A stretch of 64,000 bases of DNA from contig CAVNZM010000003.1 in NCBI GenBank assembly GCA_963693365.1, positions 12,987,252 to 13,051,251 of the forward strand, given 5' to 3'. The translations under genes and the position numbers were made by a program. Numbering within the stretch: position 1 is the first letter of the stretch; every line of letters begins with the position of its first letter. Origin of the DNA: Amoebidium appalachense. Its lineage: Eukaryota; Protista; Ichthyosporea. The notes under the pieces were generated by a model. That model was given only the letters and a program-made list of their open reading frames with translations, had not been told where the DNA came from and made no database searches. Shown piece after piece: positions 1 through 10,869 of this stretch.

Positions 1-1136
1 CCCACACACAGAGGAGTACAAGACAGAAGTGCCCAGCCTTGTACGCCAGGATGCCGTAGACCAGTTCCTGTGGGCAGTTAAATCACAGCGAGCAAAGCGC
101 AGATATGCGGCCGGCAGAGCACCCGGACGACCAATAGTGGTGCGCTTTCGCAGCAAGAAGTGGGGCGACCAGTCGATCCTTGCTCCTCGTGCACTCCTCA
201 AGGTAGCCGATGGGTGTGTAGTGTTTACCCCACGCAGGTGTCCGGATGGAGGCCGGCTTAAGGCGGCAGAGCCGTTGACAATGACTGAAGTTACAGGTGA
301 CTGTCGCATGGTTTTGACACAGGATGGCAGAGTGTATCTACGAGTCACCACCAGCAAGCCCAGGGGCGACAACCAAGCCCCTCGTGGTGCTGCTGGCGAC
401 CAAGCTCCTCCACGGGTATGCTCACTCGATCCCGGTGTGCGCACCTTCCAGACAGTGTACGACCCTGCCTCCAGTACTGCAGTCCATGTGTGCAGAGGCG
501 ACATAGGCCGTATTTGCCGTCTACTCAAGCACATGGACACGTTGCAAGCCAGGGCTGCCAGCAAAGAAGTGGGGCACAAGCGGCGTCGCAGGATGAAGCG
601 GGCACTTGTGCGCATGCGCCGCCGCGTGCAAAACCTTCAAATGGACGCCCACTGGAAGACAGCAGGCTGGCTGACAGATGCATATGACGTGATTGTGCTT
701 CCATGGGTGGACACCACACGGATGACCATGAAGTCCACAAGAAAGCTCTCAAGCAAGGCCGTCAGAGCCATGGCCGGCTGGGCACACGGCAAGTTCCGGG
801 AACGCCTTGTGTACAAGGCCGAGGAAAAGGGCAAGACCGTCGTGTTTGTGGGCGAGCAATACACAAGCAAGACGTGTGGGCATTGTGGCGCCATCAAGAC
901 AAACCTGGGAGGGAGCAAGGTGTACAACTGTGCTGCTTGTGGCACAGTCTGTGACCGCGACATCAACGGGGCAAGAAACATCCTTCTACGTTCTTGCTCC
1001 CAGCGGCTGGGTACCCCCCAGCCTTTGCCTGTACCGGCCTAATGCTGGCGGACATCGAAGCATGGCTCTAGACGCTCTGTAGGGTTCTATAGGGTTGTTT
1101 ATTGTTATGTATAGATGTCATGCTAAACGGTATCAG
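1..1136 (+). mobile_element. IS607-Fanzor2 element copy 1 (5' part outside window; right end ...ctaaacggtatCAG)
   Basis: Near-identical inverted copy of 11678-12813; homology among three right ends stops after tatcag at 1136. Confidence 0.9.
29..1042 (+). CDS. Fanzor2 (TnpB-like RNA-guided nuclease), C-terminal part, frame intact
   Basis: RuvC-I SLDPGVRTF, VIVLP with relocated Glu in VGEQYTSKTC, Zn finger CGHC..CAAC, RuvC-III DRDINGARNI; true start is upstream of the window. Confidence 0.93.
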   Translation: MPSLVRQDAVDQFLWAVKSQRAKRRYAAGRAPGRPIVVRFRSKKWGDQSILAPRALLKVADGCVVFTPRRCPDGGRLKAAEPLTMTEVTGDCRMVLTQDGRVYLRVTTSKPRGDNQAPRGAAGDQAPPRVCSLDPGVRTFQTVYDPASSTAVHVCRGDIGRICRLLKHMDTLQARAASKEVGHKRRRRMKRALVRMRRRVQNLQMDAHWKTAGWLTDAYDVIVLPWVDTTRMTMKSTRKLSSKAVRAMAGWAHGKFRERLVYKAEEKGKTVVFVGEQYTSKTCGHCGAIKTNLGGSKVYNCAACGTVCDRDINGARNILLRSCSQRLGTPQPLPVPA

Positions 1137-1156
1137 TGCTTGCATTGTTGATTTCC
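1004..1156 (+). ncRNA. Predicted omega-RNA scaffold plus guide (tgcttgcattgttgatttcc); 5' boundary approximate
   Basis: Conserved 3' end with stems ggctggg/cccagcc, agcatggc/gtcatgct and ctctgtag/ctataggg; position is typical of TnpB/Fanzor omega-RNA. Confidence 0.65.
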
Positions 1157-1171
1157 AGGTTGACGTTGTTG

Positions 1172-1208
<37 letters not shown>

Positions 1209-1361
1209 TGGGCTGCTATGTTGTACATTGAGGCAGCAAATGTGCTGGTACGGCTTTTATATACACCATATGCTCGATAAAAGCGCCATAACGTCCACGG
1301 AGACCTTGTGAGTGCTGCCGACCATGTGGACGTTTTGGTGCTCTTTATGCCCCCACCAGGA

Positions 1362-1467
1362 CCAATAAAACCTTTCCTCTATGGTAGAGAGGAAAGTAGT
1401 GATGTCATTTGACACATTATGGGCCAATTAGAAAGTACCTCTCTGGTAGAGGAACTTTTTTGATTGA
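1362..1467. repeat. Two CCAAT-initiated hairpin units (second is a 44-bp CCAAT..ATTGA palindrome)
   Basis: Stems ctttcctct/agaggaaag and aaagtacctct/agaggaacttt. Confidence 0.6.
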
Positions 1468-1653
1468 ATAGACGGCCTTTATTGCATGCCAAAAAAAGCC
1501 AATAACGTCCACAGAGGCTTTCTGGGTGCTAACGTCCTCATTGGCGCTTTTGTGCAGGGTGGCTTTTTGGATGTTGAATGGATTTCAATTTTCATTGGCA
1601 AACCCCGCTGAGTTGTGTGCATGCGGCAAAGGCCATATCATTACTCCCATTGG

Positions 1654-1742
1654 TCTCTCCCCCCCCCTCCCCCCCCCCCCTCCCCCCCCCCCCCCCCCCC
1701 CCCTCCCCTCCCACCCCTCTCTCCCTCTCCTCTCTCTCTCCC

Positions 1743-1797
<55 letters not shown>

Positions 1798-1818
1798 CCT
1801 CCCTCCCTCCCTCCCTCC

Positions 1819-1901
<83 letters not shown>

Positions 1902-1983
1902 CCTCCCTCCCTCCCTCCCTCCCTCCCCCTCTCTCTCTCTCTCTCTCTCCCTCCCTCCCTCCCTCCCTCCCTCCCTCCCTTTC

Positions 1984-2038
<55 letters not shown>

Positions 2039-2066
2039 GCCTCCCTCCCTCCCTCCCTCCCTCCCC

Positions 2067-2103
<37 letters not shown>

Positions 2104-2219
2104 CCTCCCTCTCTCTCTCTCTCTCTCTCTCCTCCCTCCCTCCCTCCCTCCCTCCCTCCCTCCCCCCCTCTCTCTCTCTCTCTCTCTCTCCCTCCCTCCC
2201 TCCCTCCCTCCCTCCCTCC

Positions 2220-2274
<55 letters not shown>

Positions 2275-2310
2275 CTCCCCCCCCCCACCTCTCTCTCTCT
2301 CCCTCTCCCC
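1654..2310. repeat. Polypyrimidine (CT)n/(CCCT)n/poly-C microsatellite
   Basis: Directly visible. Confidence 0.97.
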
Positions 2311-2473
2311 CATCTACACACATGCTGCACATGCCCAGAACCATGCTTTATTGTTTCCTTTTCAGTATTACACTTGCTCACAACAAATGGGAGCAAACTC
2401 TTGCTGCTTTCATTCACACTTGGTTTGGCCATCCCTTGTGCAACCTTGTGCAAAAAGTCTACTACGTGTACAG

Positions 2474-3673
2474 TCAGCAGCCACTCGTTGACTCTGCATG
2501 CTGCTGCTGTGGCGCCGGGGAGGCCCCTCCCACCACCAACTTCAGGCCATCCGCCAGCTCCTCCCTCCCCAGCCGGTGCATGTGCGCTATGCCATTCCAC
2601 TCTGTGTTGCTCTCATTGTCGTAGAACAGCCGAAACACGGCCATGCGCTCGTCGCCAAAGAAGACGTTGTCATACTTCCTGCATGCCTCCACTGCCGCTG
2701 CGAGTGACTTCAGGCGGTCACCAAAATTGGCCTTTACAAGCTGCCCGTCTATGCGGAAGGCGTGCGGGTTGAAACGTAGGAAGGCCACCGGCAGGCCATA
2801 TGCCAACGCCTGGTTGTACATGCGCGCCCACTCGCACGTGCTGGAGTAGTCTCTGTGCTGGTTCTCATCCACTTCCACTATGACCACGTGTGTCGCCATG
2901 TCGTAGTACAGGTCCGGCCGTGTTTTCTCCTGGCACTCGTTATGTACCTGCCTGTTGTGGCCGGCGGGAGGGCCAATGTGCACGGACAGGTGCTTGAGGA
3001 CTTTGATCTCGGGGCGGGCGTCGCTCCACCGCTTGCGTCTCGTGGACTCGGGGTCGCAGTGGCTGCACAGCCTATTTTTGCCACCTGTGAATGTCAACGT
3101 ACACCCAATGCAGAAATACCTTGTGTCGCAGAGTCTGCACTGCGGTTTTCGCTTGCCGTGCACGCAGATACGGCTGCCATTGCACTGGACACAAATCGAT
3201 TTGTTTTTGTTGTGACAGCAAATGCCTGTCCCGTGACAAGCCTTGCAGTAATATCGTATCACGTCGTGTGGGCATATAGAACTGCCCTTGCACGACTTGC
3301 ATCGTGCTTTTTGTATGTTGTGTGGGCACACCTGGCTACCTCCGCAAGCTCTACAAATGCTTTTTTGCCTGTTGTGTGGGCAGAGCCTTATTTTACCGCC
3401 GTTGCAGGCCCGGCGCTGTGCTTTTTGTTTTTTCGGAGCCTTGGAGCAGATACTGCTCCCCGTGCACCTCTTGCAATCGGCTTTTCGCCGGTTGTGCGAG
3501 CAGACTCCCGATCCATGGCAGTCGATGCAAGTTTCCTTTCGCCGTTTGTGTCTACACATCTCTGTCCCTAGGCAGTCGATGCATCGGCTTCGGCGCCGCT
3601 TGTGTTGGCATATGCCCTTCCCACCACACAAAACACATCTGTCTGGTCTGCTACGGCCATGAGGGCAGGCCAT
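2474..3673 (-). CDS. Cys/His zinc-repeat protein with C-terminal PD-(D/E)XK-like endonuclease
   Basis: About 9 CxHxxxKxxCxxCxGxxIC repeats followed by RPDLYYD..VIVEVDENQH and FLRFNP, an architecture common in NCLDVs. Confidence 0.8.
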   Translation of the reverse strand: MACPHGRSRPDRCVLCGGKGICQHKRRRSRCIDCLGTEMCRHKRRKETCIDCHGSGVCSHNRRKADCKRCTGSSICSKAPKKQKAQRRACNGGKIRLCPHNRQKSICRACGGSQVCPHNIQKARCKSCKGSSICPHDVIRYYCKACHGTGICCHNKNKSICVQCNGSRICVHGKRKPQCRLCDTRYFCIGCTLTFTGGKNRLCSHCDPESTRRKRWSDARPEIKVLKHLSVHIGPPAGHNRQVHNECQEKTRPDLYYDMATHVVIVEVDENQHRDYSSTCEWARMYNQALAYGLPVAFLRFNPHAFRIDGQLVKANFGDRLKSLAAAVEACRKYDNVFFGDERMAVFRLFYDNESNTEWNGIAHMHRLGREELADGLKLVVGGASPAPQQQHAESTSGC

Positions 3674-3753
3674 GACTACTTCCAGCAACCGTGCGGTCTA
3701 CACTCAGGCACAGAAAAAAAAAAGATATATAAGTTCGCCCCTTCAAAATAGGG

Positions 3754-4240
3754 AGATTGTACCTACTAGTACACACTCCCTCCCTCTGTGTGTCCCTTTT
3801 TGACAAGTTTACTGTAATCTACAAGTTGGACGAGGACAGACCCCGAATGGTGCTTTTTCAACCAATCAAAAGTGAGATTGCACCTACTAGTATACCCTCC
3901 CTCCCTCTGTGTGTCCCTTTTTGACAAGTTTACTATACTCTACAAGTTGGATGAGGACAGACCCCGAATGGTGCTCCCTCGTCCAATCAAAAGTGAGATT
4001 GCACCTACTAGAATACCCTCCCTCCCTCTGTGTGTCCCTTTTTGACAAGTTTACTATACTCTACAAGTTGGATGAGGACAGACCCCGAATGGTGCTCCCT
4101 CGTCCAATCAAAAGTGAGATTGCACCTACTAGTATACCCTCCTCCCTCTGTGTGTCCCTTTTTGACAAGTTCACTATATTCTACGAGTTGGATGAGGACA
4201 GACCCCGAATGGTGCTTTTTCAACCAATCAAAAGTGAGAT
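3754..4240. repeat. Tandem repeat, 4 x ~121 bp, between divergent genes
   Basis: Units start near 3754, 3874, 3995 and 4116; each has ccaatcaaaagtgaga. Confidence 0.95.
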
Positions 4241-4381
4241 ACACCCCTGTTTGCTTGAGGGTGCTCCCTCGTCCAATGACGTTTTTGCCTGCAAAGGCTG
4301 TATTTTTCCCTCCAGGCAGACACGCTGTAACTTTTTTCTAGCCGATAGTACCGAGGCTGTGTTTTTACACACGGCTTCTGC

Positions 4382-5980
4382 ATGCTAGGCGCACCAGTGC
4401 TCCGCAACAAATGGATGTGCGTCGCAGGCAGTGCAGATGGTGCAGATGGTGGCTCTGCCAAGAAGCCCCTTGTCACTGGTTATACTGAAACACAGATACA
4501 ATGCTTTGCAAACGCAGACACGCACACACCCCCACACAAATTCTTTATTGCAGAAGACTGCTGGAAAAAGGGCGTGGTAAAGAAACGATTCCGCTCGGCG
4601 GCAACCGTGGAGGACTTCATCTGCGCGCTGACTGACCTGTGCCGGCAAGGCGGCCGCCCCCACTGCTACGAGCTGTGCCGCACAGAGGCCGAGCTGAGCT
4701 TCTTCCTCGACATCGAGGGGGTACACGAGAGCCCGGATGGGCGTTCCGAGGTGGACAGTGCGCGCGATGCGGTGGTGGCATGTGTGCAGCAGTTGGCCAT
4801 ACACGAGCTTGGCATTCCTGCGTGGGCCTCCAGCACGGTGGTGGTCAGCCAGGGGCACCGGACCGTGGTCAAGGACGGCGACACCAAGTACAAGACGTCC
4901 TACCACGTCATTGTGCCGCACCTGAGGTTCGCGGACATGGACGCACTCCGCGCGTTCATACACGTACTCCATGCCGTTCTCCCAGACCCGCACAGGCAGT
5001 ATGTGGACTGGGGTGTCTACACAAACAATCGCATGCTACGCACCATCTTTTTGAGCAAGTTGGATGACCCGACACACACGCCGCTGTTGCCCGTGGACGC
5101 CACCCCTTATCCGTTGCCGCTGTACTTTGCGTCACGTGCGAGGGTGCCAGGGGACGTTGTGGTGCGCACACAGGCCATCCTTGACGCTGCCGTTCGCGTG
5201 GCACCGGAGGCAGATTTGGCGAGCAAGAAGCCCGGTGCCGCTGCCGCCCCCTCCAGGAAACGCAAGGCCAGCAGTGATGCTGACACCGACCATCATGATC
5301 CAACGCCGAGCAGGGGGGCACATGTGGCCGTCACGGTTGACAAAGTCGACGAGGAGGCCATCCTTGCAGCAGTTAACCTCCTTGTTGACAGTATTGACGA
5401 GCACCACAAGGGCATCGGGGTTGCAAGGGGGAACAAGCCAGGCCTGTACATTTCCAGGCGCAAGGGGCAGCGCATATGCCTCTTTGGACCCAGGCATGAC
5501 AGCAACGGCTTCTACATCACCATCGAAAAAGACGGCTCGGTAATCTACCGGTGCCATTCCCAGTCCTGTCACGGCAAGCAGCAGTGTATTGGGGTGGTTG
5601 CATGCGGAGAGGCCCACACACTCTTCCAGTTTGCCGAGCCCACGGTGCAGCAGGTCGCGGCGATGCAGGTGCTGCTGCTGCAGGAGAACGTCGTGGACAG
5701 CACGCTGTTGCGCTTCTGTGGGGCACAGACTCGGGAGGGGGCGTTGGCCCTGGGGTATGCCATGCGCAGCTCCATCACCCCGCTGCTCAGCGGAGCAGAC
5801 AAGCAGATGGTGTGGCTCGCGTGGCTGCAGACGCACACCGACCCGGAGCAGTATGGCGCAGAGGGTGCGCGTGTGTGGGGGCAGCGGCAGTGGGCATTGA
5901 TGAACACCTCGAGCGGCGGCGGGGTGAAGGGCTACTCCTATGCCACGGTCGCGTGGGTTGCGCACAAGACCGCCCCGTAA
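4382..5980 (+). CDS. AEP primase (PrimPol/UL52-like) with Zn finger and PriCT-like tail; N-terminal half of a split fusion
   Basis: Motifs FFLDIE, SYHVI, DWGVYTNNRMLR and C..HDSN..YRCHSQSC. Confidence 0.85.
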   Translation: MLGAPVLRNKWMCVAGSADGADGGSAKKPLVTGYTETQIQCFANADTHTPPHKFFIAEDCWKKGVVKKRFRSAATVEDFICALTDLCRQGGRPHCYELCRTEAELSFFLDIEGVHESPDGRSEVDSARDAVVACVQQLAIHELGIPAWASSTVVVSQGHRTVVKDGDTKYKTSYHVIVPHLRFADMDALRAFIHVLHAVLPDPHRQYVDWGVYTNNRMLRTIFLSKLDDPTHTPLLPVDATPYPLPLYFASRARVPGDVVVRTQAILDAAVRVAPEADLASKKPGAAAAPSRKRKASSDADTDHHDPTPSRGAHVAVTVDKVDEEAILAAVNLLVDSIDEHHKGIGVARGNKPGLYISRRKGQRICLFGPRHDSNGFYITIEKDGSVIYRCHSQSCHGKQQCIGVVACGEAHTLFQFAEPTVQQVAAMQVLLLQENVVDSTLLRFCGAQTREGALALGYAMRSSITPLLSGADKQMVWLAWLQTHTDPEQYGAEGARVWGQRQWALMNTSSGGGVKGYSYATVAWVAHKTAP

Positions 5981-8188
5981 ACTGTTGGACGGTACGGCAC
6001 CGAGGCTGTGGGGAGGGCCATCGAGTCCCTGTTTGGCTTTCAGAATTTCACAGAGCCCGACAGCGGCTATGACTTGCATGCATACCACACGGAGGGTGCT
6101 ACAGGGAGGCACCCACCCTCCACCACGGACATACCCGGCCACCCCGAGTCGCCGCCCCCCTACGTCTACCCGCTGCAGCAGTATCTGCTCAAGTATGCAT
6201 ACAGCGTCATCGTGCTCCAATCCGGCCTGGGCACGGGCAAGACCACCCGGTCACTGGAGGTCATCCGCAGCAAGGTGGCTGCCGGCGGCAGCGTGGTGAT
6301 TGTGTCCCCGCGCGTGTCCTACAGCAACACCATTCTTCAGGTGGTGTATGACGCCATGCCTGATGCCCGTATCGTCGACTACCGCAAGGCCAACAAGGCC
6401 GTCATGCAGGCCGCGCAGATCCTTGTTGTGCAGGTCGAGTCCCTCCACCGAGTCGCGGCTGCCGGTGTCCCCAAGCCGTCGTTGCTGATGCTGGATGAGT
6501 GCACCTCAATCGCGGCGGAGTGCAGCTCCCTCCAGACACACCGGACCAAGCTGGAGGCCAACATGAACGCGCTGATGTGGTTGCTGCAAAACAGCCAGAC
6601 CGTCATTCTTGCCGACGCCTTCGTCGACGGCCGCGCCAAGGTGTTGGCCGACATAGCCCGGAACGGGCCCGGGGAATCCGATGGCGGGAGCGCTGCAACG
6701 CCCAAACGGGCACTGTTTGCCTACAACGGCGGGGTTGGCGAAAAACGGTGTGTTGTGCGTCTCCCAGCGCGCATTCCCGGGGCGCCGGCGGGTGTGACCC
6801 CCTTGGAAGTGGAGGCCGTGAAGCTACTGGATGAAGGGTTGCGGGTGTTTGGGGTGGCAACTGGAGTGGACACCATTGGCCGCCTGCTGCAGTACTGCAT
6901 GGAGCACGTCCCCTCGGTCAAGGAGCATCACATCGTCTACACCGGCAACGGCAGGGTGCTCCAGGGTGCCAACCACGGCCAGATCAGCAGCAAGACCAGT
7001 GTCAATCAGCAGTGGGGAGAAAAGCAGCTGGTGCTGACTACCCCCACCATCACCGTCGGCCTCAACTACGACTCAGACAAGCTGTTTGACGCTGTGTTGC
7101 TGAACACGTCCAACGAGAGCTGCACGGCGCGAGACATTGCGCAAACACTCATGCGTGTCCGCCGCCTCACCTCCGGCATCGTGCTGTGGAGGCACCTGTA
7201 CATGCCCAAGCCCGGCGCCCCTGTGTCCCTGCATCCCAGCGTGGTGCGGCGCGACACGCTGAACGACGCCATCATCAACGGCTACAAGTGGATAAACGAC
7301 TCGCCGCTGCTGCCCCTCTTTGTGCTCAACAGGACGGAGGTGTGCATCAACAGGGAACGCTTCGACCTTGCACTGCTTCACCATGTCGAAACGATGGGAT
7401 GGACGGTCGAGGATAGGCGGGGAGAGAAGCGCGACATGCTCGCAGCAACGGCAGCACAGATGCTTGACGGCCTTCAGTGTCCTCCTTTCGACTCTATACC
7501 GGACGTGCCCCCTGAGGTTGTCGCGAGAATGGATCGGAGCCGCCTGACCCCAGAAGAGAGCCTTGCCGTCGTGAAGTCTGCTGTCATCGAGAGGTGCGCA
7601 GCTATCAATCCGGCATTAATAGACAGCGTTGGAGCGGCGAGAATGCTCTACAACGGCTCGTCTGGCCACCCTATTCGCATGCTGAAAGCGTTGAATGTGG
7701 CCGAAACACCGGTGATGATAGCCAATGGGTGCCAACCCGGTAACCCCGAAGCGCATGTCGTTTGGAAAATACTTTGCATGTTTGATTCGCTGACTGACCA
7801 GGGCAGCGGCACGAAAGTTCGCCCAAAGTGGCGTGATGTGGAGCTCAATCCCAGCTGCATAACACCTGGATTCATGGGCAACATGGCTGCACTTCTCAAC
7901 CACCTGTCTGTGTTGCGAGGCGGCCGCGAGGCCGCTGTACGGGTTGAAAAAACCAAGGACGCGCATGGAAACGACGTGGTGACATACAATTTGGGTGAAT
8001 TAATGGAACTTGCTAGTCGATACCTCGAGGAGCACACTGGTGGTTCTATTATCGGATCCCGCACAAAGAAGGTTAGTTTGTACAACGGCAAACGGAGAAA
8101 TGTGTGTGTTGGGTATCGCCTATCCATGTGCAGCGAAGAACTTGCCGTGCCTCTGAATATGCTGATGGATGGTCTGGTTTTGGTTTGA
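5981..8188 (+). CDS. UL9/origin-binding-protein-like SF2 helicase; in-frame continuation of the primase after one TAA
   Basis: Motifs SGLGTGKTT, SPRVS, VESLHR, LDECTS, TPTITVG and QTLMRVRRL; same frame as the 4382 ORF. Confidence 0.85.
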   Translation, partial: TVGRYGTEAVGRAIESLFGFQNFTEPDSGYDLHAYHTEGATGRHPPSTTDIPGHPESPPPYVYPLQQYLLKYAYSVIVLQSGLGTGKTTRSLEVIRSKVAAGGSVVIVSPRVSYSNTILQVVYDAMPDARIVDYRKANKAVMQAAQILVVQVESLHRVAAAGVPKPSLLMLDECTSIAAECSSLQTHRTKLEANMNALMWLLQNSQTVILADAFVDGRAKVLADIARNGPGESDGGSAATPKRALFAYNGGVGEKRCVVRLPARIPGAPAGVTPLEVEAVKLLDEGLRVFGVATGVDTIGRLLQYCMEHVPSVKEHHIVYTGNGRVLQGANHGQISSKTSVNQQWGEKQLVLTTPTITVGLNYDSDKLFDAVLLNTSNESCTARDIAQTLMRVRRLTSGIVLWRHLYMPKPGAPVSLHPSVVRRDTLNDAIINGYKWINDSPLLPLFVLNRTEVCINRERFDLALLHHVETMGWTVEDRRGEKRDMLAATAAQMLDGLQCPPFDSIPDVPPEVVARMDRSRLTPEESLAVVKSAVIERCAAINPALIDSVGAARMLYNGSSGHPIRMLKALNVAETPVMIANGCQPGNPEAHVVWKILCMFDSLTDQGSGTKVRPKWRDVELNPSCITPGFMGNMAALLNHLSVLRGGREAAVRVEKTKDAHGNDVVTYNLGELMELASRYLEEHTGGSIIGSRTKKVSLYNGKRRNVCVGYRLSMCSEELAVPLNMLMDGLVLV

Positions 8189-8272
8189 TGTAGTCTTATT
8201 GTAGCTTTTAGTGTCGCGAGTGCAACCCAAACTTTTTTCTGCGCCATATGTGTATCGGAAGTCAAGCCAAGA

Positions 8273-8872
8273 ATGGCCATGCCAAAACATCCCAGTTCCC
8301 CTAATGTGCATGCTGACGACTTGGCCAAGCTGCACCCCGACGATGCCCGTTTCTACAACGGCCTTTTGGAGATTGATAAGGAGTTTCCGGGCGCTATGAG
8401 CCACCCCGTTGTAATGCGGATAGTGGCTTTGACACTGGCCTGCAACCACCTGGACCGCCTTCCGCGCCGCAAAGCCACGGACAGCCATGTAGGGCCCATG
8501 ACAGCCTACCTGTGGGCACGTCTGCTGTTTGCCGGGGCAGTGGCATTGTTACATGAAAAGGACTTGTACACCCCTGTGTCTGTCCCCCTACTGACATTTG
8601 CGTGCTCGTCGTCTGTGCATACCATCATCTGGACAGCATGTGACTTGGCTCACGAGGAGGGCTTCGAAGAGCTTGAGACTATTCTGCGAAACCCGTCGCA
8701 CACAGACGTGGAGCACCTCGATTGTATCCTGCGCCTCTCGTTTGGTGGGCATGCCAAAGAGCAGCAGGACGGCACGTGTGTGGTCCAGTGGTTCACAGCA
8801 CCGGGGGCACCCAGTAGGCCATATGCCACCAGGCGACGTGCCTTCTTGGTTGCTGCCAAGTTCCGCGAGTGA
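8273..8872 (+). CDS. Hypothetical protein
   Basis: 199-aa ATG ORF, gene-like composition. Confidence 0.55.
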   Translation: MAMPKHPSSPNVHADDLAKLHPDDARFYNGLLEIDKEFPGAMSHPVVMRIVALTLACNHLDRLPRRKATDSHVGPMTAYLWARLLFAGAVALLHEKDLYTPVSVPLLTFACSSSVHTIIWTACDLAHEEGFEELETILRNPSHTDVEHLDCILRLSFGGHAKEQQDGTCVVQWFTAPGAPSRPYATRRRAFLVAAKFRE

Positions 8873-9527
8873 GCTCCGGGCCGCGCAGCACCAGCAAAGC
8901 CCTTCCGAGTTTAAATTTGATTTTGTTTTGTCTGAAATAAACACCTACAGCTGCTAAAGGCACTTTATGCACCTATTTGAGAATAATTCGATTGTGCACT
9001 TTTCTATGCCATGTATAGGCATACCCAGTCTCCTTCCCCCTCCCTCCCTCCCTATATTCTCTCTATTTCACTCGGGATTCGACAATGCCTATAGGGGAGG
9101 CCATCACAGTGTATCCCTATCTCTCTATTTCACTCAGGAATTTGACAAAGTCGACCCCCTGCCAATCCTAGATTTGACAGAGTCGACCCCTTGCATATAC
9201 GTGCCCCCCCCTCCCTCCATCCCCCCTCCCCTGTAGGTCTGGATACCCCATGCCCACCCCATGCCCACCCCACGTCCCACCCCATGTCATTAACAGTTGG
9301 CCCAAGGGGCCCGAGGCTGTGAGGGCCGTGGAGGTCTGGCGGTGGGGGTGTGGGCCTGGATATGACGGTGGACAAGCTGGGATGTGCGTGGATAAGGCGG
9401 TGGATATGCTGGGATCTGCCTAGATAGGAGTGGCCGGCGTGGATATGCCGGGATATGCCGGGAGAGGTCTCGATGCGGCCTGTAACTGTGCTCTGGTGTC
9501 AAGCCAGCCACTTTTGCAGTGGTCCCA

Positions 9528-9561
<34 letters not shown>

Positions 9562-9564
9562 CCC

Positions 9565-9595
<31 letters not shown>

Positions 9596-9707
9596 CCACA
9601 AAAAGGGGGGAGGGGGGCATCCCATGCAGCTAGCCACAAAACCTGCACATACACACAAGTTTCTTCCGTCCACATGCTTTTTTATTTGGATCCAGTGTAA
9701 TTCAACC

Positions 9708-10508
9708 ATGGAGCCCGCCCCAACAAATGCCACCGAAAGCGCGAGTATGGCCCCGCTTCCCGTCTCGAGCGGCGAATTTGTGCTGAGCGCCGACAGCGAC
9801 AGGCTGCTCGTACCGCATGGCGATGAAGAGGCCTGGCTGAATCTCGTGCCCCAGACCGTGGTGCTGGTGCCGGGTGTAGGGGTGTTCTTTGTGGCAACAC
9901 AGAACAAAGAGAGTGGATTTGTCACCGTGCACCCAGTCCCCCAGGCCGACTACATGGGCAGGCTGTGGTTCTTGCCTTCGCTGTTTCTGGTGCGGGACCC
10001 ATTGGGCCGGGCCGTGTTGCAGACGGGTGCAGACGGCAATGTATACACGCTCAGGGGCACATTGGCCACATTGGGGGACTTGTCGGAGCTTGCGAACCAA
10101 ACCCAGAAGGACCTGGCAAAACTGGAGTCGAAGCTCGAGTCTGGATGCACAAGCCAAACACAAGAAAACTTGGCTACAATAGCAGCACTGGAGGGCCGGC
10201 TGCTGGCTGCATTGGCAAACACCAAACAGCAGGTCTTAGCCCAGATCATGCAAACATTGTCCGTGCTTCCAGACTCCATCCGAAAACAGCTCCAGGTAGA
10301 CCTTGCACCTGTCATCCACGACCAGGTACAGGATGCGGTGGCCACGGTGTTTGAGGAGGTGGTTCGTGATGCAGTTGACAGCAAAGTTACTGACGTGGTT
10401 CCCCAGGCCGTCCAGTCTGCCGTGTCCCCTCTTAAGACAGAGCTGCAAACCATCACGGCATCGATGCAAAGTCTGTGTGTATCGGCCCCTGGTCTGTTCA
10501 ACACGTAA
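9708..10508 (+). CDS. Hypothetical protein with coiled-coil; N-terminus resembles that of the 14142-16454 protein
   Basis: LVRDPLGRAVLQTGADG versus TLYDPMGQPVFVLDGDG; helical heptad C-terminus. Confidence 0.65.
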   Translation: MEPAPTNATESASMAPLPVSSGEFVLSADSDRLLVPHGDEEAWLNLVPQTVVLVPGVGVFFVATQNKESGFVTVHPVPQADYMGRLWFLPSLFLVRDPLGRAVLQTGADGNVYTLRGTLATLGDLSELANQTQKDLAKLESKLESGCTSQTQENLATIAALEGRLLAALANTKQQVLAQIMQTLSVLPDSIRKQLQVDLAPVIHDQVQDAVATVFEEVVRDAVDSKVTDVVPQAVQSAVSPLKTELQTITASMQSLCVSAPGLFNT

Positions 10509-10869
10509 GTACACATAAACCGATATTTGAAATGAAAATTTGAATTTTGGTCGATCAGGGTCTGCAGGGTTCGAATCTGTGATATTTATTCAATCAAAAG
10601 CATTGAATTACGCCCGTATTCGATTTTGATTGGGTTTTCGTGATTTTGATCTCGGATAGGCAGGAACGAAATTCCAATTGAAAGACCGGCCTTTCGTGTG
10701 ATTGTTTTTGGGATTTTGATTTGATCCTTTTTTGATCGGTGGAGTTTGTGATTCAAATGCAAATCAAAAATTGTTGGTATAAAAATCAAATTTGCCGTTC
10801 AACAGCTTATGGTCGATAATTTTGATGTCACTATTGTATAAGTGTGAAGGTCTCAATTATTTTTTTGTA

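Noticed and set aside
1526-2772. Long ORFs of SLSL/PPPP/EREREG in several frames
   Set aside because: Translations of a stop-free microsatellite
5978-5980. TAA reassigned to an amino acid (also 29759-29761)
   Set aside because: Many recognisable genes end at TAA in the expected place, and the 29759 stop aligns with Tyr in the paralog
10803-10812. cagcttatgg as another left end
   Set aside because: Only 10 bp match, then diverges
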